Below, piece after piece: positions 19,355-29,625 of a stretch of 64,000 nucleotides of DNA. Each line of letters opens with the position of its first letter. Within the stretch, counting starts at the first letter, position 1. Under the pieces are notes generated by a model. It did no database searches and was not told where the DNA came from. It saw only the letters and a list, made by a program, of their open reading frames with translations. The translations under genes were made by a program, and so were the position numbers. Source of the DNA: a virus (taxonomy: Duplodnaviria > Caudoviricetes); IMG/VR virus record IMGVR_UViG_3300047576_000027, positions 32,001 to 96,000 of that record. One strand, given 5' to 3'.

Positions 19355-21298
19355 TTATTTCTGTACTGGCCTGATGTTTCCACTTTTTTGTCGCGCAGCG
19401 ATCTTGTCTTTTAGCATCGTCAAGCTTCCCTTTTCTCCTGGCTGAAGGCGCGGATTGTCAATCAAGCCAGCATATTTTTTTGGTACGGGATTACCCTTAG
19501 CCTTTCCGTACGCACGAGCGTCTTCAAGAAGTTGATCCAGTTCATCACCGCCTTTATCGCTCATTTTTTGTATGTCATCAGCGGTAAGGTGAGGTTTTTT
19601 CTCTGCCAGATACTGATCGAGATTATTAACTTTATTTAGCGCATCGCGATTCACTACACTGCCAGTACCGTGTTCAAGATCGGCGAGTTTGCCGGTAGAT
19701 TCGGGGATGCCCGCTGGTGAATTGATCGGGATGGCCTGAATGGTAACGGGTGATCCGGGGGCCGCCGCAGCTTTATAGGGAGTTATCGGGACGATGCCTT
19801 TGCCAGTGGCCGGTGCGCCATCTGGGATGGCCACGTGAAAATCAGTCGCTCCAGCCTGTTTCGCCGCTGCCAGCCTCCGTGATCCGCTGGTGAGGTTAAC
19901 GTTTCCGGTCTTGGGGTCATAGTGTCCGAATGACGCCGGGGCTTCACTGCCGGACTTCAACATATCGGCATAACGGGAAATATCCGCCGCTTTGGATGCA
20001 TCGCCTGAGATGTCCTCATGCCCCACGACTTTGGAGAGCGGGACGCGGTAGACCGGGATGCCGGGTCCGACGCCACCTCCAACACCTTCGAGTGCATCCC
20101 GCGCATCCGTTTGCCTGATGAGGTTGAATGGCGGTGCCGCAGAAGGCGTTACGGGTTGCTTGCCCGCTTTAACCGGAGTCTTGGGAGTCAGCCAGTCCGG
20201 CAACGTGACTTTAGTAAGATCCTCAGGCGAGGGGACGGTGACCGGCCTGGCCGGGTTGACTCCCTCGGGCAGAGAGATTGGGTTGATCGGTGTTGGCGAC
20301 GGCGTTACGGGATTGAATCCAGGCGGGAGACCGACGCCGAAAGAGCCACTCGGGGTACTCGAAGTCTTCACGGACGGCAACGAGAGTCCCGGATATCGCT
20401 CTGCCTGTAATCGCGCCGCGAACTGATCGGGAGATTCTCCCGCGAATGCGCGGGGCGATGTAGATTCCGGCAGGGATGTGAGATTCGCCGACATTGGGGA
20501 TGTGGGCGGTGGCGCGCTGTACTGATTAACGTCTGGCCTTGCTGTAGACGCTGAATACCCGGAATAATCGGGAGTCTGCCGGTTCAGGAAATCCTGGTGG
20601 AAGTCGTAGTCCCTGATGGCCTTTTTTACTTCTCCGCTGGTGGCTTTTGCGCCTTTCGCGATACCCTCACCTAACTGCTTCACTCCTTCGTAAACCGGCC
20701 TTCCTAATGCCACCGCAGCGGGCAGTTTCATTTCATGGGGAAGGACATAATCCAGTGCTGCCCCGCCAACTAATTTGCCGCTTCCGATGGCAACATCTCT
20801 GCCTCCAGCCTTGATTCCACTTCCTATCGCTGACGGGATTGAGCCAGCAACCGCACCGGCTTTTGTACCCGGAAGCGCACCGATGCCCTCTCCCAATCCA
20901 TACATCGCGCCCAGATTTACAGCATCCCCCAGTCCCTCACCGATATCGCCGCGCGTGAATGGTTCAGGCTTGACCTTGCCGTTCATGACATCCACCTGAT
21001 GCTGTGCCACTGCCATGCTTTGATCGGAAAACGGGGATTCAAAAGCCGAAGAAACCATCCCTGGCCAGTTCATCGGATTCAGCGGGGAGTTTGTGGTAAC
21101 GGTTTTCTTGAAGGTGTCCCAGATGCCAGGAGAGGAAGTGATCGGCGGCGGGTTCGCCGTGACATCCGCAAAATCGTCATACTGCCCTGGAAACTTTGCC
21201 TTGATTGCCCGTCCCAGCGTTGCCGGGTCCATATCGTCGTATGCGCCGGGACGCTGTTGTTTCTTCGCGTTTCCCAAGTCAACGACGGTCTGTGGCAT
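19355..21298 (-). CDS. Internal virion (DNA ejection) protein with ParB/Srx-like domain
   Basis: Last of three Ala/Gly/Pro-rich genes after the nozzle and GNAT genes; VPLSKV..YADMLKSG..LTSGSRRLAAAKQAG. Confidence 0.65.
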   Translation of the reverse strand: MPQTVVDLGNAKKQQRPGAYDDMDPATLGRAIKAKFPGQYDDFADVTANPPPITSSPGIWDTFKKTVTTNSPLNPMNWPGMVSSAFESPFSDQSMAVAQHQVDVMNGKVKPEPFTRGDIGEGLGDAVNLGAMYGLGEGIGALPGTKAGAVAGSIPSAIGSGIKAGGRDVAIGSGKLVGGAALDYVLPHEMKLPAAVALGRPVYEGVKQLGEGIAKGAKATSGEVKKAIRDYDFHQDFLNRQTPDYSGYSASTARPDVNQYSAPPPTSPMSANLTSLPESTSPRAFAGESPDQFAARLQAERYPGLSLPSVKTSSTPSGSFGVGLPPGFNPVTPSPTPINPISLPEGVNPARPVTVPSPEDLTKVTLPDWLTPKTPVKAGKQPVTPSAAPPFNLIRQTDARDALEGVGGGVGPGIPVYRVPLSKVVGHEDISGDASKAADISRYADMLKSGSEAPASFGHYDPKTGNVNLTSGSRRLAAAKQAGATDFHVAIPDGAPATGKGIVPITPYKAAAAPGSPVTIQAIPINSPAGIPESTGKLADLEHGTGSVVNRDALNKVNNLDQYLAEKKPHLTADDIQKMSDKGGDELDQLLEDARAYGKAKGNPVPKKYAGLIDNPRLQPGEKGSLTMLKDKIAARQKSGNIRPVQK

Positions 21299-21302
21299 GG
21301 CT

Positions 21303-23381
21303 TTATTTTACAAACTGACGCAATCCGTCCGGATCGGCCTTGGTTCCGGGGAGTGTCTGAATTCCCCCGTTCGCCTGTTTCGTCAACCCCTGATCCAGTT
21401 TTGAATACCCCTCCATCCATTTCGTAGCTTCGCCCAGTTTCGCCCGAAGTGTCTGCGGGTCTTTTGCGTCAAGGGCTTTCTCCCAGTGTTCAACCATCGT
21501 TGGCGACGAGCCGCCGCGCAGTCCGCCATGGGCCATTGAGACAGCGGTAGACAGGAATCCAAGTTCAGAGGACAGTTTTGCAAATACCTGAGTCTTTGTC
21601 GGGTCTTTCCCGAGTTTATTCGTAAGGAAATCGTTCCAGCGGGTTGCCACAACACCGAGATCGCCATCCTTGTCAGCTTTGTCAATAATGCCGTTGATGT
21701 CCTTCATATGATCGAGGATCAGACGTGCGTTGTTCGCGCGATCGCGCATCGAGGTTGTAATATTGGCGGGGTCGAGGCCAAGTTGCGCCATGCGGGTTTC
21801 GATCTGATATTTATCGCGTGCGTTCGTGGCTGATTTCGCTAAAGTCGTATCGCCATTTGCAATCTGCTTGACAATGCTATCCAGTCGGCTGGACGAATCA
21901 AATGGGGCAATCGTACTTGACGGTAATGCGCCAGTCGCGGGGTGAAGTGCGGGAGTTCCGGGCGCAGCGGGAATTGGCGTCTCCCCTGCTTTAGCCGGGA
22001 CACCTGGAGCAGCGAGTGGAACAGGTCTGGTAAGAGTAGAAGATTTATTCACTCCCTCGGGAGACGTGACACTGGTATGTTCTGTCTCGTGGCCCATCAT
22101 GGACGGATTGATTCCCGGCGCCGTCACGGGTGTCCCGTGCCCGAACGGATTGAACAGGATTTCATGCCCGTCGCCATCTATCCCGCCATTCGCCATTCGG
22201 GTTAGTGTCGAAACTGGCATCGCCGGTGCTCCGCCAGCGGTCAGATCACCGGGAAGTCGCGCCACGTTTGTAAGACCGTTCGGGCCAGCGACGGTTTGAA
22301 CGGGTCCAATAGACGGGGAGTAGTACAACAGTCCGCTAATAAGGTCGCGATGCTCCCGAACGTACGGAAATTTTTTCGCGTCAATCGTCTGCCCATGAAT
22401 ATCTACGCGATCCGCGTCGGACAACGATGATGCCGGGATATCTCCAGGAGTATTGACCGGGCGCAACATTGAACCGACCTGAATTGGTTGTAGTCCGCCT
22501 GCTTCAGCTTCGTATTGCGCCTTGACAATCGAAGGAAGAGAATCCCAGTACGGACTTTTCTTCATTTGCGCTATTTGATATTGCTTATAGGCCAGCGTCG
22601 TCTGTTGTGTCTCCTGCGCCTGCCGAAGAGCTTCCTGATGGGACAATCTCTGCTGCATGACTTGCAACAGGGCCGGGCGGTTTGCCGGTGCGGCCCATCG
22701 GGGATCACTCATCGTCTCCCGCACAATCTGGGCTGGATCTTCGGGAACGGGAAGGTTAGGGATAGTCGCTACGGTTGGTGTCGTCGGCTGTACGCTCGGC
22801 AACAACGGTGCCGCCGCTGTCCCGCCGCCCCTCAACCCGTTCTGAATCGCGGCGATAGCGGGAGACGCCGTGACGGGTGGCGCTGGTTCTTTGATACCAC
22901 CTTCCACATTCGTAACGGGATTCCCGGCTGGTTGCGCTGCAACTGGGGGTGCTGGCGGCTGTTCTGCCGCTATTGCGGGTAACCCGATCATGCTGGTGAA
23001 TCCGGTCGGGTTAATACTGCCCTGATCGGGAGGCGGTGGCACGGGTTGCCCCGGCGTCACGCCCGGAGCGGCACCCGGTTGCGGCGGGGGTGTCTGTGGC
23101 GGGGGGCCGATAACGCTGTGAAGCGCCTGTTCGTCTTGGATTCTCTTCTGAACGGTAGACTGGAAATCTGCCGCGATCTTTCCTATCGGCTTACCTGCGA
23201 TCAAATCGGACTGGTGCCTCAGGAGTGCCGTGCGGGTCTGTGGATCGGTTTCGGTCTGCGCCGCCTGCCCGATCATATCCGCGAAATGGTCACGCCGCGC
23301 TTCCAGTTGTGCGCGTACCTGCGCGCCATACTGTTGCGCCGCCTGCCCCATGCCGCCGATCAGATTTGCGAAGCCTGCCAT
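21303..23381 (-). CDS. Internal virion (DNA ejection) protein
   Basis: MAGFANLIGGMGQAAQ start, Pro/Gln-rich, helical C-terminus; podovirus synteny. Confidence 0.65.
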   Translation of the reverse strand: MAGFANLIGGMGQAAQQYGAQVRAQLEARRDHFADMIGQAAQTETDPQTRTALLRHQSDLIAGKPIGKIAADFQSTVQKRIQDEQALHSVIGPPPQTPPPQPGAAPGVTPGQPVPPPPDQGSINPTGFTSMIGLPAIAAEQPPAPPVAAQPAGNPVTNVEGGIKEPAPPVTASPAIAAIQNGLRGGGTAAAPLLPSVQPTTPTVATIPNLPVPEDPAQIVRETMSDPRWAAPANRPALLQVMQQRLSHQEALRQAQETQQTTLAYKQYQIAQMKKSPYWDSLPSIVKAQYEAEAGGLQPIQVGSMLRPVNTPGDIPASSLSDADRVDIHGQTIDAKKFPYVREHRDLISGLLYYSPSIGPVQTVAGPNGLTNVARLPGDLTAGGAPAMPVSTLTRMANGGIDGDGHEILFNPFGHGTPVTAPGINPSMMGHETEHTSVTSPEGVNKSSTLTRPVPLAAPGVPAKAGETPIPAAPGTPALHPATGALPSSTIAPFDSSSRLDSIVKQIANGDTTLAKSATNARDKYQIETRMAQLGLDPANITTSMRDRANNARLILDHMKDINGIIDKADKDGDLGVVATRWNDFLTNKLGKDPTKTQVFAKLSSELGFLSTAVSMAHGGLRGGSSPTMVEHWEKALDAKDPQTLRAKLGEATKWMEGYSKLDQGLTKQANGGIQTLPGTKADPDGLRQFVK

Positions 23382-23584
23382 TAGGTATCCCTATCCCAGT
23401 CAAAGTTGACAGGAGATTTTACGGCAATTTCCAGGTATGGAGTACCATCTTTCAGCTTGCACAGAATCAGGCAGTTTGGATCACTCACGAAGGCTCCCTG
23501 TGTGGTCGCCTCAGTGACAATGATACTCACTTGAATATCCGAATCATATTCACCGAGAGACTGGATTAACTGTGAAATCTTCAT
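23381..23584 (-). CDS. Small hypothetical protein inserted between ejection genes
   Basis: GGAGGG SD; MKISQLIQSL start typical of small phage ORFs. Confidence 0.5.
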   Translation of the reverse strand: MKISQLIQSLGEYDSDIQVSIIVTEATTQGAFVSDPNCLILCKLKDGTPYLEIAVKSPVNFDWDRDT

Positions 23585-23625
23585 AGGCTGCTGCCCCTCC
23601 GGAACTCTTGAATATCTGGCATTTT

Positions 23626-24273
23626 TTATGTTCCACCCAGAGCCATCTGCGGATTAGATGGCGATGGGCTAAAGAGACCCGCAAGGGACCCCAGCGCACT
23701 CGTTCCGCCAGTCAGTGGAGCAGTCAATAACCCGAACAGCCCGCTACCGAGTCCCGCATAAGTTTGCAGCATCTGCTGTTGCTGTTGCGCCAATGCCTGA
23801 CTCAAACTGGCGTTCGTTGATGACCCGGTATTGAGCGCCGAATTCCCCACATTGAACAAGTTCGTCCCGACACCTTCTTGCGCAATTCCGATCTGCGGCA
23901 GCGTTGTCGCGGCGGTCGTACGTGCAGAATTGAAAAGATTCTGAACCCCCGCAGCAGGCGAAAGTTGGGCATTGAACAGACTTGCCGACCTGCCGCCGCC
24001 ACGAGGCTGTAATGCCGATGCGGACTGAATTGCATTCTGATCAGTTGCGCGGGTCTGGTTGATAGAGGGCGCAAGTAACGCAGCAGTGTTGGCGGAATTG
24101 CCGCCTAAGACGGTGCTTAGAAAGTTGGTCCCCTGGGTGACATTTCCCTGTCCGGCATTCAGGAGATTCGTTCCGGCAGCGTTGGCGGCGTTGGAGTTGG
24201 AGATCGCCTCGCCGGTAATGGCATTGGCCTGATTGTTACTGTTCTTTTGCGCCTGGCTCGGTCCAAAGCTCAC
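23626..24273 (-). CDS. Internal virion / DNA pilot protein (P22 gp7-like)
   Basis: Ala/Gly/Asn/Gln-rich with a C-terminal Gly-rich hydrophobic segment; position in the module. Confidence 0.65.
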   Translation of the reverse strand: MSFGPSQAQKNSNNQANAITGEAISNSNAANAAGTNLLNAGQGNVTQGTNFLSTVLGGNSANTAALLAPSINQTRATDQNAIQSASALQPRGGGRSASLFNAQLSPAAGVQNLFNSARTTAATTLPQIGIAQEGVGTNLFNVGNSALNTGSSTNASLSQALAQQQQQMLQTYAGLGSGLFGLLTAPLTGGTSALGSLAGLFSPSPSNPQMALGGT

Positions 24274-24770
24274 TGAATCCCCCCTTCGGCAACCATATCA
24301 TCCAACACGGAAGGCTCAAGCACGGAAGGTTCCACTGGCAGCAATTCCACGGGCGGTAACTGTCTCGGCCCAATCTGCTTCGACATTACGCACCACGGCT
24401 CCGCCACCATCCCCCGAGACTCCGCGAGTGCCGCCATACGTCCCGGCTTCACAAAAGCATACGTCCAGACCGGCCCGCACTTGGCGTACAGAATCTCTTC
24501 CATCCGGCGCATCAGCCGCCCGAATAGATGTGAATAGCCTTTCTCGATTTTCGTTGGCTCAACGTGCAGTTTCAGTTGCGCGAAACAGTATCCGACGATC
24601 TTCCCGTCCAGGATCACGCCGAAAGCGGTTGCCGTTTTTAAGTCCGGCAGATTCGCCCCTTCAGCCCGGAAGTCCGGCTCCAGCGTCTGGATTTCTTCGG
24701 GAGTCAGTTCGCGGATTTCCGGTTCATCCGTGGGCAGCACTGGTTTCGGGATTTTGATCGGCTCGATCAT
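24270..24770 (-). CDS. GNAT-fold protein
   Basis: IRELTPEE..GVILDGKIVG..LHVEP..LMRRME; usual podovirus position between tail and ejection genes. Confidence 0.55.
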   Translation of the reverse strand: MIEPIKIPKPVLPTDEPEIRELTPEEIQTLEPDFRAEGANLPDLKTATAFGVILDGKIVGYCFAQLKLHVEPTKIEKGYSHLFGRLMRRMEEILYAKCGPVWTYAFVKPGRMAALAESRGMVAEPWCVMSKQIGPRQLPPVELLPVEPSVLEPSVLDDMVAEGGIQ

Positions 24771-24864
24771 GAGAGTGTCTTGGTGCTAATTATAGCGTTT
24801 TTACTATCAACCTCCACGTCAGCCTCCGAGGTGGATACCACCGGCTCTCAGTCGGCGAGTCGCT

Positions 24865-25800
24865 TTACTGCCTGAAAAACGCCCGCCTGATGAGGTTTGG
24901 CGGCAACGCCCCCGTGGAACTGCCAGAAACACTTGCACTCCCGCTCAGTGTCACCGGGTGCGTATGTGGCTCTGCGGGTACGGTCGCGCCAGTACCCGAC
25001 ATGACCGTTTGAGTCCCGCTGTCATTGCCGGTACTCCCGCTGACCAGTGCGCTTCCGGATGCCGTCACCGTGCCGTTCGTCGCGGCATTCAACCCGCTGT
25101 TTGCAGCTCCGTATTCAAGAAACACCCCGGTAGGCGATACTCCGGAAATGTTCGGCAGCATGACGCTCCCGATAGTGCCGTCCGATTTCAGGTAATTGTG
25201 CGCTGCGCCATCGTAAAGCGCCCATCCAGTGCCGGGATCTACCTCAAACGGGACCGGACCCATCCCGCTACCGGATTCTCCCGGTCCCCATTGCCATCCC
25301 GATCCGGTCCATCGCAGGACATGCAAATAATCGGTAACGCTCACCAGGAGTCCCGCGTGGACCGCAGAAAGTGATCCTGCGAGAGCGGTGAGTTGGGACT
25401 GGGTACGGTACAGGGTTCCGTCCATGTATGCCCACGAGAACGTGGCTCCCGCCGTGTAACGGAAAAGCACTCCGGAGTCGCCAGTGGTCGGCGCAAACTC
25501 AATTACAAGTCCATCCTGAGCATAAGGTGCTCCCGTTGTGGGATTGTTGTTCGGAACGGTCGCGAGGGCTGGAACGAATGCGTACTGGGGGCCTGATGCC
25601 GTCCCGCTTGCGCCCTCTATCGAGTCGGCAGTGATGTTTTGGACTATGGTGGTTGTGGTAGTGGTCGAGGTGGCCGCCGCCGCCGCGGCGAGAGCGTTAT
25701 TAGCTGCGCTGATGGCGGCATTTGTCCTGTCGTACAGGTCTGAGATATTCGCCTGATAAGGGCCTCCGGGAATGGTCAGTCTGGCGGGAGGGAGGGGCAT
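24865..25800 (-). CDS. Short tail fibre / collar protein (no signal peptide)
   Basis: HVLRWTGSGW; collar-like PGTGWALYDG..MLPNI; C-terminal PHTH..LPPNLIRRAFFRQ. Confidence 0.6.
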   Translation of the reverse strand: MPLPPARLTIPGGPYQANISDLYDRTNAAISAANNALAAAAAATSTTTTTTIVQNITADSIEGASGTASGPQYAFVPALATVPNNNPTTGAPYAQDGLVIEFAPTTGDSGVLFRYTAGATFSWAYMDGTLYRTQSQLTALAGSLSAVHAGLLVSVTDYLHVLRWTGSGWQWGPGESGSGMGPVPFEVDPGTGWALYDGAAHNYLKSDGTIGSVMLPNISGVSPTGVFLEYGAANSGLNAATNGTVTASGSALVSGSTGNDSGTQTVMSGTGATVPAEPHTHPVTLSGSASVSGSSTGALPPNLIRRAFFRQ

Positions 25801-25808
25801 GGCGGTGG

Positions 25809-28800
25809 TTAGGTCTTAAAAACTGCAAGTGAAATATAACTATCTTCCACCCATTGTTTTGTCTCTATCGTGAAGTCATCAGTAAACAGGGCGAAGTTCA
25901 CACCGCCACCGTCCAGCATGTACGCTGCGGACAGAAATTTAATTGCCTGTGGGAGCATTTGTTCCTGGATCATGAACTGGCCGCCAGTTGAGGGTATAGT
26001 AACCACGAAAGACACTCCGTTTTGCTGCTGAATGGTGAAGGTAACAGGAGCGGTACTTATAAGTCCAGCGTATAATCTTTTGTGTGTTTTCCATCCCGGA
26101 AAGGCTAATGAAATGAACTGCGTCAGTACTCTTGTACTCAGAAAAGGCTGAATGTAAAAAGCAGGCTCAACGGCATATATACGTGGTCCGTCAGGACCGC
26201 CGCTCCAACTGAGTTTGATGGATATATTCCGGTACAAAGCCAGTTCTCCCGGCACCGAGGAAATATTCACGATATTTTGCTGTCGCGCCGCGACGGAAGT
26301 GACGTTGACAACAGGCGAGTTAATTGAATTGTTGTTATAAAACTGAGCAGTCGCGATAACTCCCGCCTGATCTGAATCCACTATCCAGTCAGTAGGTAAC
26401 TTTTGTGTTCTTTCATCCCCCCCATCCAAAGAAGGAATCTGCAACAAAGAATTTATCGTCGCCCCATTGTCCGTATCGCCGCCGACCTGGTACAGATTCC
26501 CCAATGTCCGCGATAACTGGATAATCTGCATATTATTCGGTGAGTTTACCAGCCCCTCAACCAGATACTCGTACGACATCGGATCGTTGAATGAATGCGG
26601 AAACCATCGTTTCTTCGGGATCTCGAAGCGGAACGTGACCTGATTGCCCTCGGTGTCCAGATACAAAAAACTAATCTCGTTATCAAGACACGACAACCGC
26701 ATAAACGAAGTCTGCGTCATGTCCACCGGATAGAGGCCGTTCGTCACCGCTGCGGGTTGTCCTTCGTGAGGAAACAGCGGGTAAAGTTTTGGATCGGTGA
26801 CATTTTCCCCCGCCCTGATCGGTCCAGCGATAAATCCCGTCGCGCCCGATGGCATACGCCCCATCTGGCCCCCGGCAGATTCCCCATTTGCACCAGAACC
26901 CGGAAGGCGACGGGAGCCGGACGAATTGGTACGGCGACTGACCCTCCAGCGCCTGGATAAAAGAATAGCGGACGAGAAAGGTGTTTAGTCGTGATCCGGC
27001 AAACACCAAACCGTTCCATACTTCGCCGGTCACCAGCGGTTCACTGGGTCCGGAAAGTTCGATGGTATTCTGGTCGCTCACACCATCGAGATTGGCGGTA
27101 TTTGTGAAATAGAGCGTCCCCGCATTTACCAGGTCTCCCAACCCGAATGCCACAGGGGCAAAGGGGCCTTCCAGTGGCCCGAATACAATCGGCAACGGCT
27201 GGTTGGCGAGCGTAGGCGACTCGATGGAATAAGCGGCATTTGTCAGTACGCCAGCGTCTGACTGGATCTCAAGGTACGCGGGTGAATGCGGTTGCCCGCG
27301 TGTCAAATAAGCTACACCATTCAGCAGTATGATGGAATTCTGCAATAGATTGACATTGAACGTCGTACCGCTCACCCAGATGACCGAAGTGCCCACCACG
27401 TTCACCACGCCCGTCCATGCCAGTCCGAGAGTCGGCCACGGCTGAAGTTGGGTCAGATCGGGCGATGGGTTGGTGGCTATGGTTTCATCGGCCAGCCCGT
27501 CCGTGAACGAGTTCGGACTGGCGTTGTTGTTCTGCACCGACCCGACATAAACGAATTCGGTGAGTGTTCCGCCCTCGCGGTAGATGTCCGAATAATCGAC
27601 TCCGCCTGCTGTGGTTGTTGCCGGGGTGGCTACTATCGACTCCCGAAGCGGATCAAGCGAATATCGGGTTGTCGGCCCCGGAACTGAGAGTGCCCCGGTT
27701 GAGGAATCGCGGAAAACTGAATCGTAGAAGTACCCCGATGGCGCATTCGGCTGGATTACCGGCCCGTACGTACCGAAGAAATACCACCAGTCAAATCCCC
27801 AGTTGCAGACCCCCGTGGAGACGATTGTTATCCCGACCGCCTGAACGGCGGAAAAATCAAGGGCCAGATTGCCTCCGTTTTGAATCCCCTGCGAGATCGG
27901 AATGACGATTTCGCCCCAGACCCCGGCACTGTTCTGTCCAAATGAACCGAGATCCTTCTGCGTTAGATTCCATTGCCAGAAGTTGCCCGTGAACGGTGTT
28001 CCGCCCGTTGCTGTCGCGGGGTCAATATCAATCAACAGCGTAAGCGTAGCGACGGTGAGAGGAGTTTCAAGAAACAGCGAGATATGCAGGTAATCGTTCG
28101 CGGGGTCGATGGTCCGGCCGTTTGCGTTCAGGCAATTGACCGGCGACCCGAACTTGATCCGGGCCGTGCCCGTCCCCGCCGCCGATCCCGAGTATGCGAT
28201 GAAATTGAACAGCGATGTTATGGTTTCCGTGGTGGCGTGTGCCAGTGCCGTGTAACAGTACCAGGAAAGCAACCCCGTCACGACTGATCCGGCACCGGCG
28301 GCGAAGGTGTGGACTGTTGAGCATCGCACCGAATAGGCGGTGCCGTCCGGTGAAAGAACGACGGAGAGAACGCGAATCACGTCTGTATGTGTTCCGTCTG
28401 CAATCTGAATAAGGGAGTTCCTGTCCAGACCGCCCGGCAAGCCGTTCAGCACCAGAGAACACAACCCGGTCGATCCTGAGTCGTACTGGATAGCCTGCAC
28501 ATAGGAGGTCGCGATGGGGGTGTGAATCTCGCGAATCGTAACCGTTTCCTGGTTCCCGCCGCCTGAGTTGAGGACGATATTCATCCTCGCCCCGGTCCAG
28601 TTTGTTACGCCCGCAGACGGATTGATACATGCCCATCCCGCCGTACCTGAGTTGTAAAGGATATTCGCGATGGTGAATGCCCCGCCGTTGGTACGATCCT
28701 CGCCACCAGTGATACTCACGAAAGGGAGGGAAACGGTCCAGCCTACCGCCGAATTACCAGTCTCGACGGCGACGGATGCCGGGATGCCGAAATCGATGTT

Positions 28801-29265
28801 CGGGGCAGCATTCGGCGGGGTTACCCCGATTGCCCTCAGCGTCCCGTCCGCGCGGACTTTTACCTGCTTGTCCTGGTCGTAAACATACATCCACGATTCG
28901 GGTGAATTGTTGGGACGAAACGGGATCAGAGATAAAGGATTACCGGAGTAGCCAGAATCGATCTCGGCCAGAGCGGTTTCCTGGCCCTCCCACAGTTGAG
29001 TGCCGTTGCCGACAATGTAGGTGTAACCGGATGATACAAGGGATTCGTCCGGGTCGTTCAGTCGGCGGATTGAGTGCAGGAGTTTCGGGCCTCCGACGCC
29101 GGCTCCGAAAACCGAATAACCTGGCCGACCGTCGATTCGGCCTTCAGAGATGACTCTTGTGTTGAAAAGGTAGGGGAATGAACCTGGCGGCATCCGGTCT
29201 ACCGGATGCACGAGGTCTATGCCGGAACAATCCATCCGGACCGGCAGTCTTTGAACTTCGGGCAA
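25809..29265 (-). CDS. Tail nozzle / tail tubular protein B, interrupted by a frameshift at 26803-26811
   Basis: ORF 26683..29265 (GIDLVHPVDRMPPG..NTRVISEGRIDGRPG; propeller-like LYFT..AIGRDGIYRW) joins ORF 25809..26864 (ENVTDPKLYPLF..KKRWF..) if one G of GGGGGAAAA is skipped; about 1150 aa in total. Confidence 0.8.
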
Positions 29266-29298
29266 ATTTCAGTTTAGCGGATTGTCCGTCAGCAGTTT

Positions 29299-29448
29299 TT
29301 ACCCAACCCTCTTCATCATCCGCTCCAACTCCATCACCTGAATATCCTGGCTCTCCATCAGCGTCAGATGCAGGAACAGATTCGCGTCCTGGTCGCGTTC
29401 GGCCAGTTCTTTGAACTTCATGAGCGTGATCCACCATGTAGCGGTCAC
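29299..29448 (-). CDS. Small hypothetical protein
   Basis: Read by hand: MTATWWITLMKFKELAERDQDANLFLHL...; GTGA-coupled to the upstream ORF. Confidence 0.45.
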   Translation of the reverse strand: MTATWWITLMKFKELAERDQDANLFLHLTLMESQDIQVMELERMMKRVG

Positions 29449-29625
29449 TTCACCCTCCACTTATGGGAACGACGGGGACTGATGACTGTCAATCGCCCAC
29501 AAGAGACGCATGTGACACAGTAGTTTTCAGGGGGCCATACCCAGACGTGCGTGTACCCACAATGACAGCATCGGAGCATTCCGTAGGCCCACTTCTCATC
29601 GTGGTGACGATGGGTCACTTCACCC
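29443..29625. repeat. 13-bp direct repeat GGTCACTTCACCC flanking the Zn-ribbon gene
   Basis: Exact copies at 29443-29455 and 29613-29625. Confidence 0.85.
29445..29618 (-). CDS. Small Zn-ribbon protein
   Basis: GTG start overlaps the upstream TGA; CCHCG..CVSCG. Confidence 0.55.
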   Translation of the reverse strand: MTHRHHDEKWAYGMLRCCHCGYTHVWVWPPENYCVTCVSCGRLTVISPRRSHKWRVK

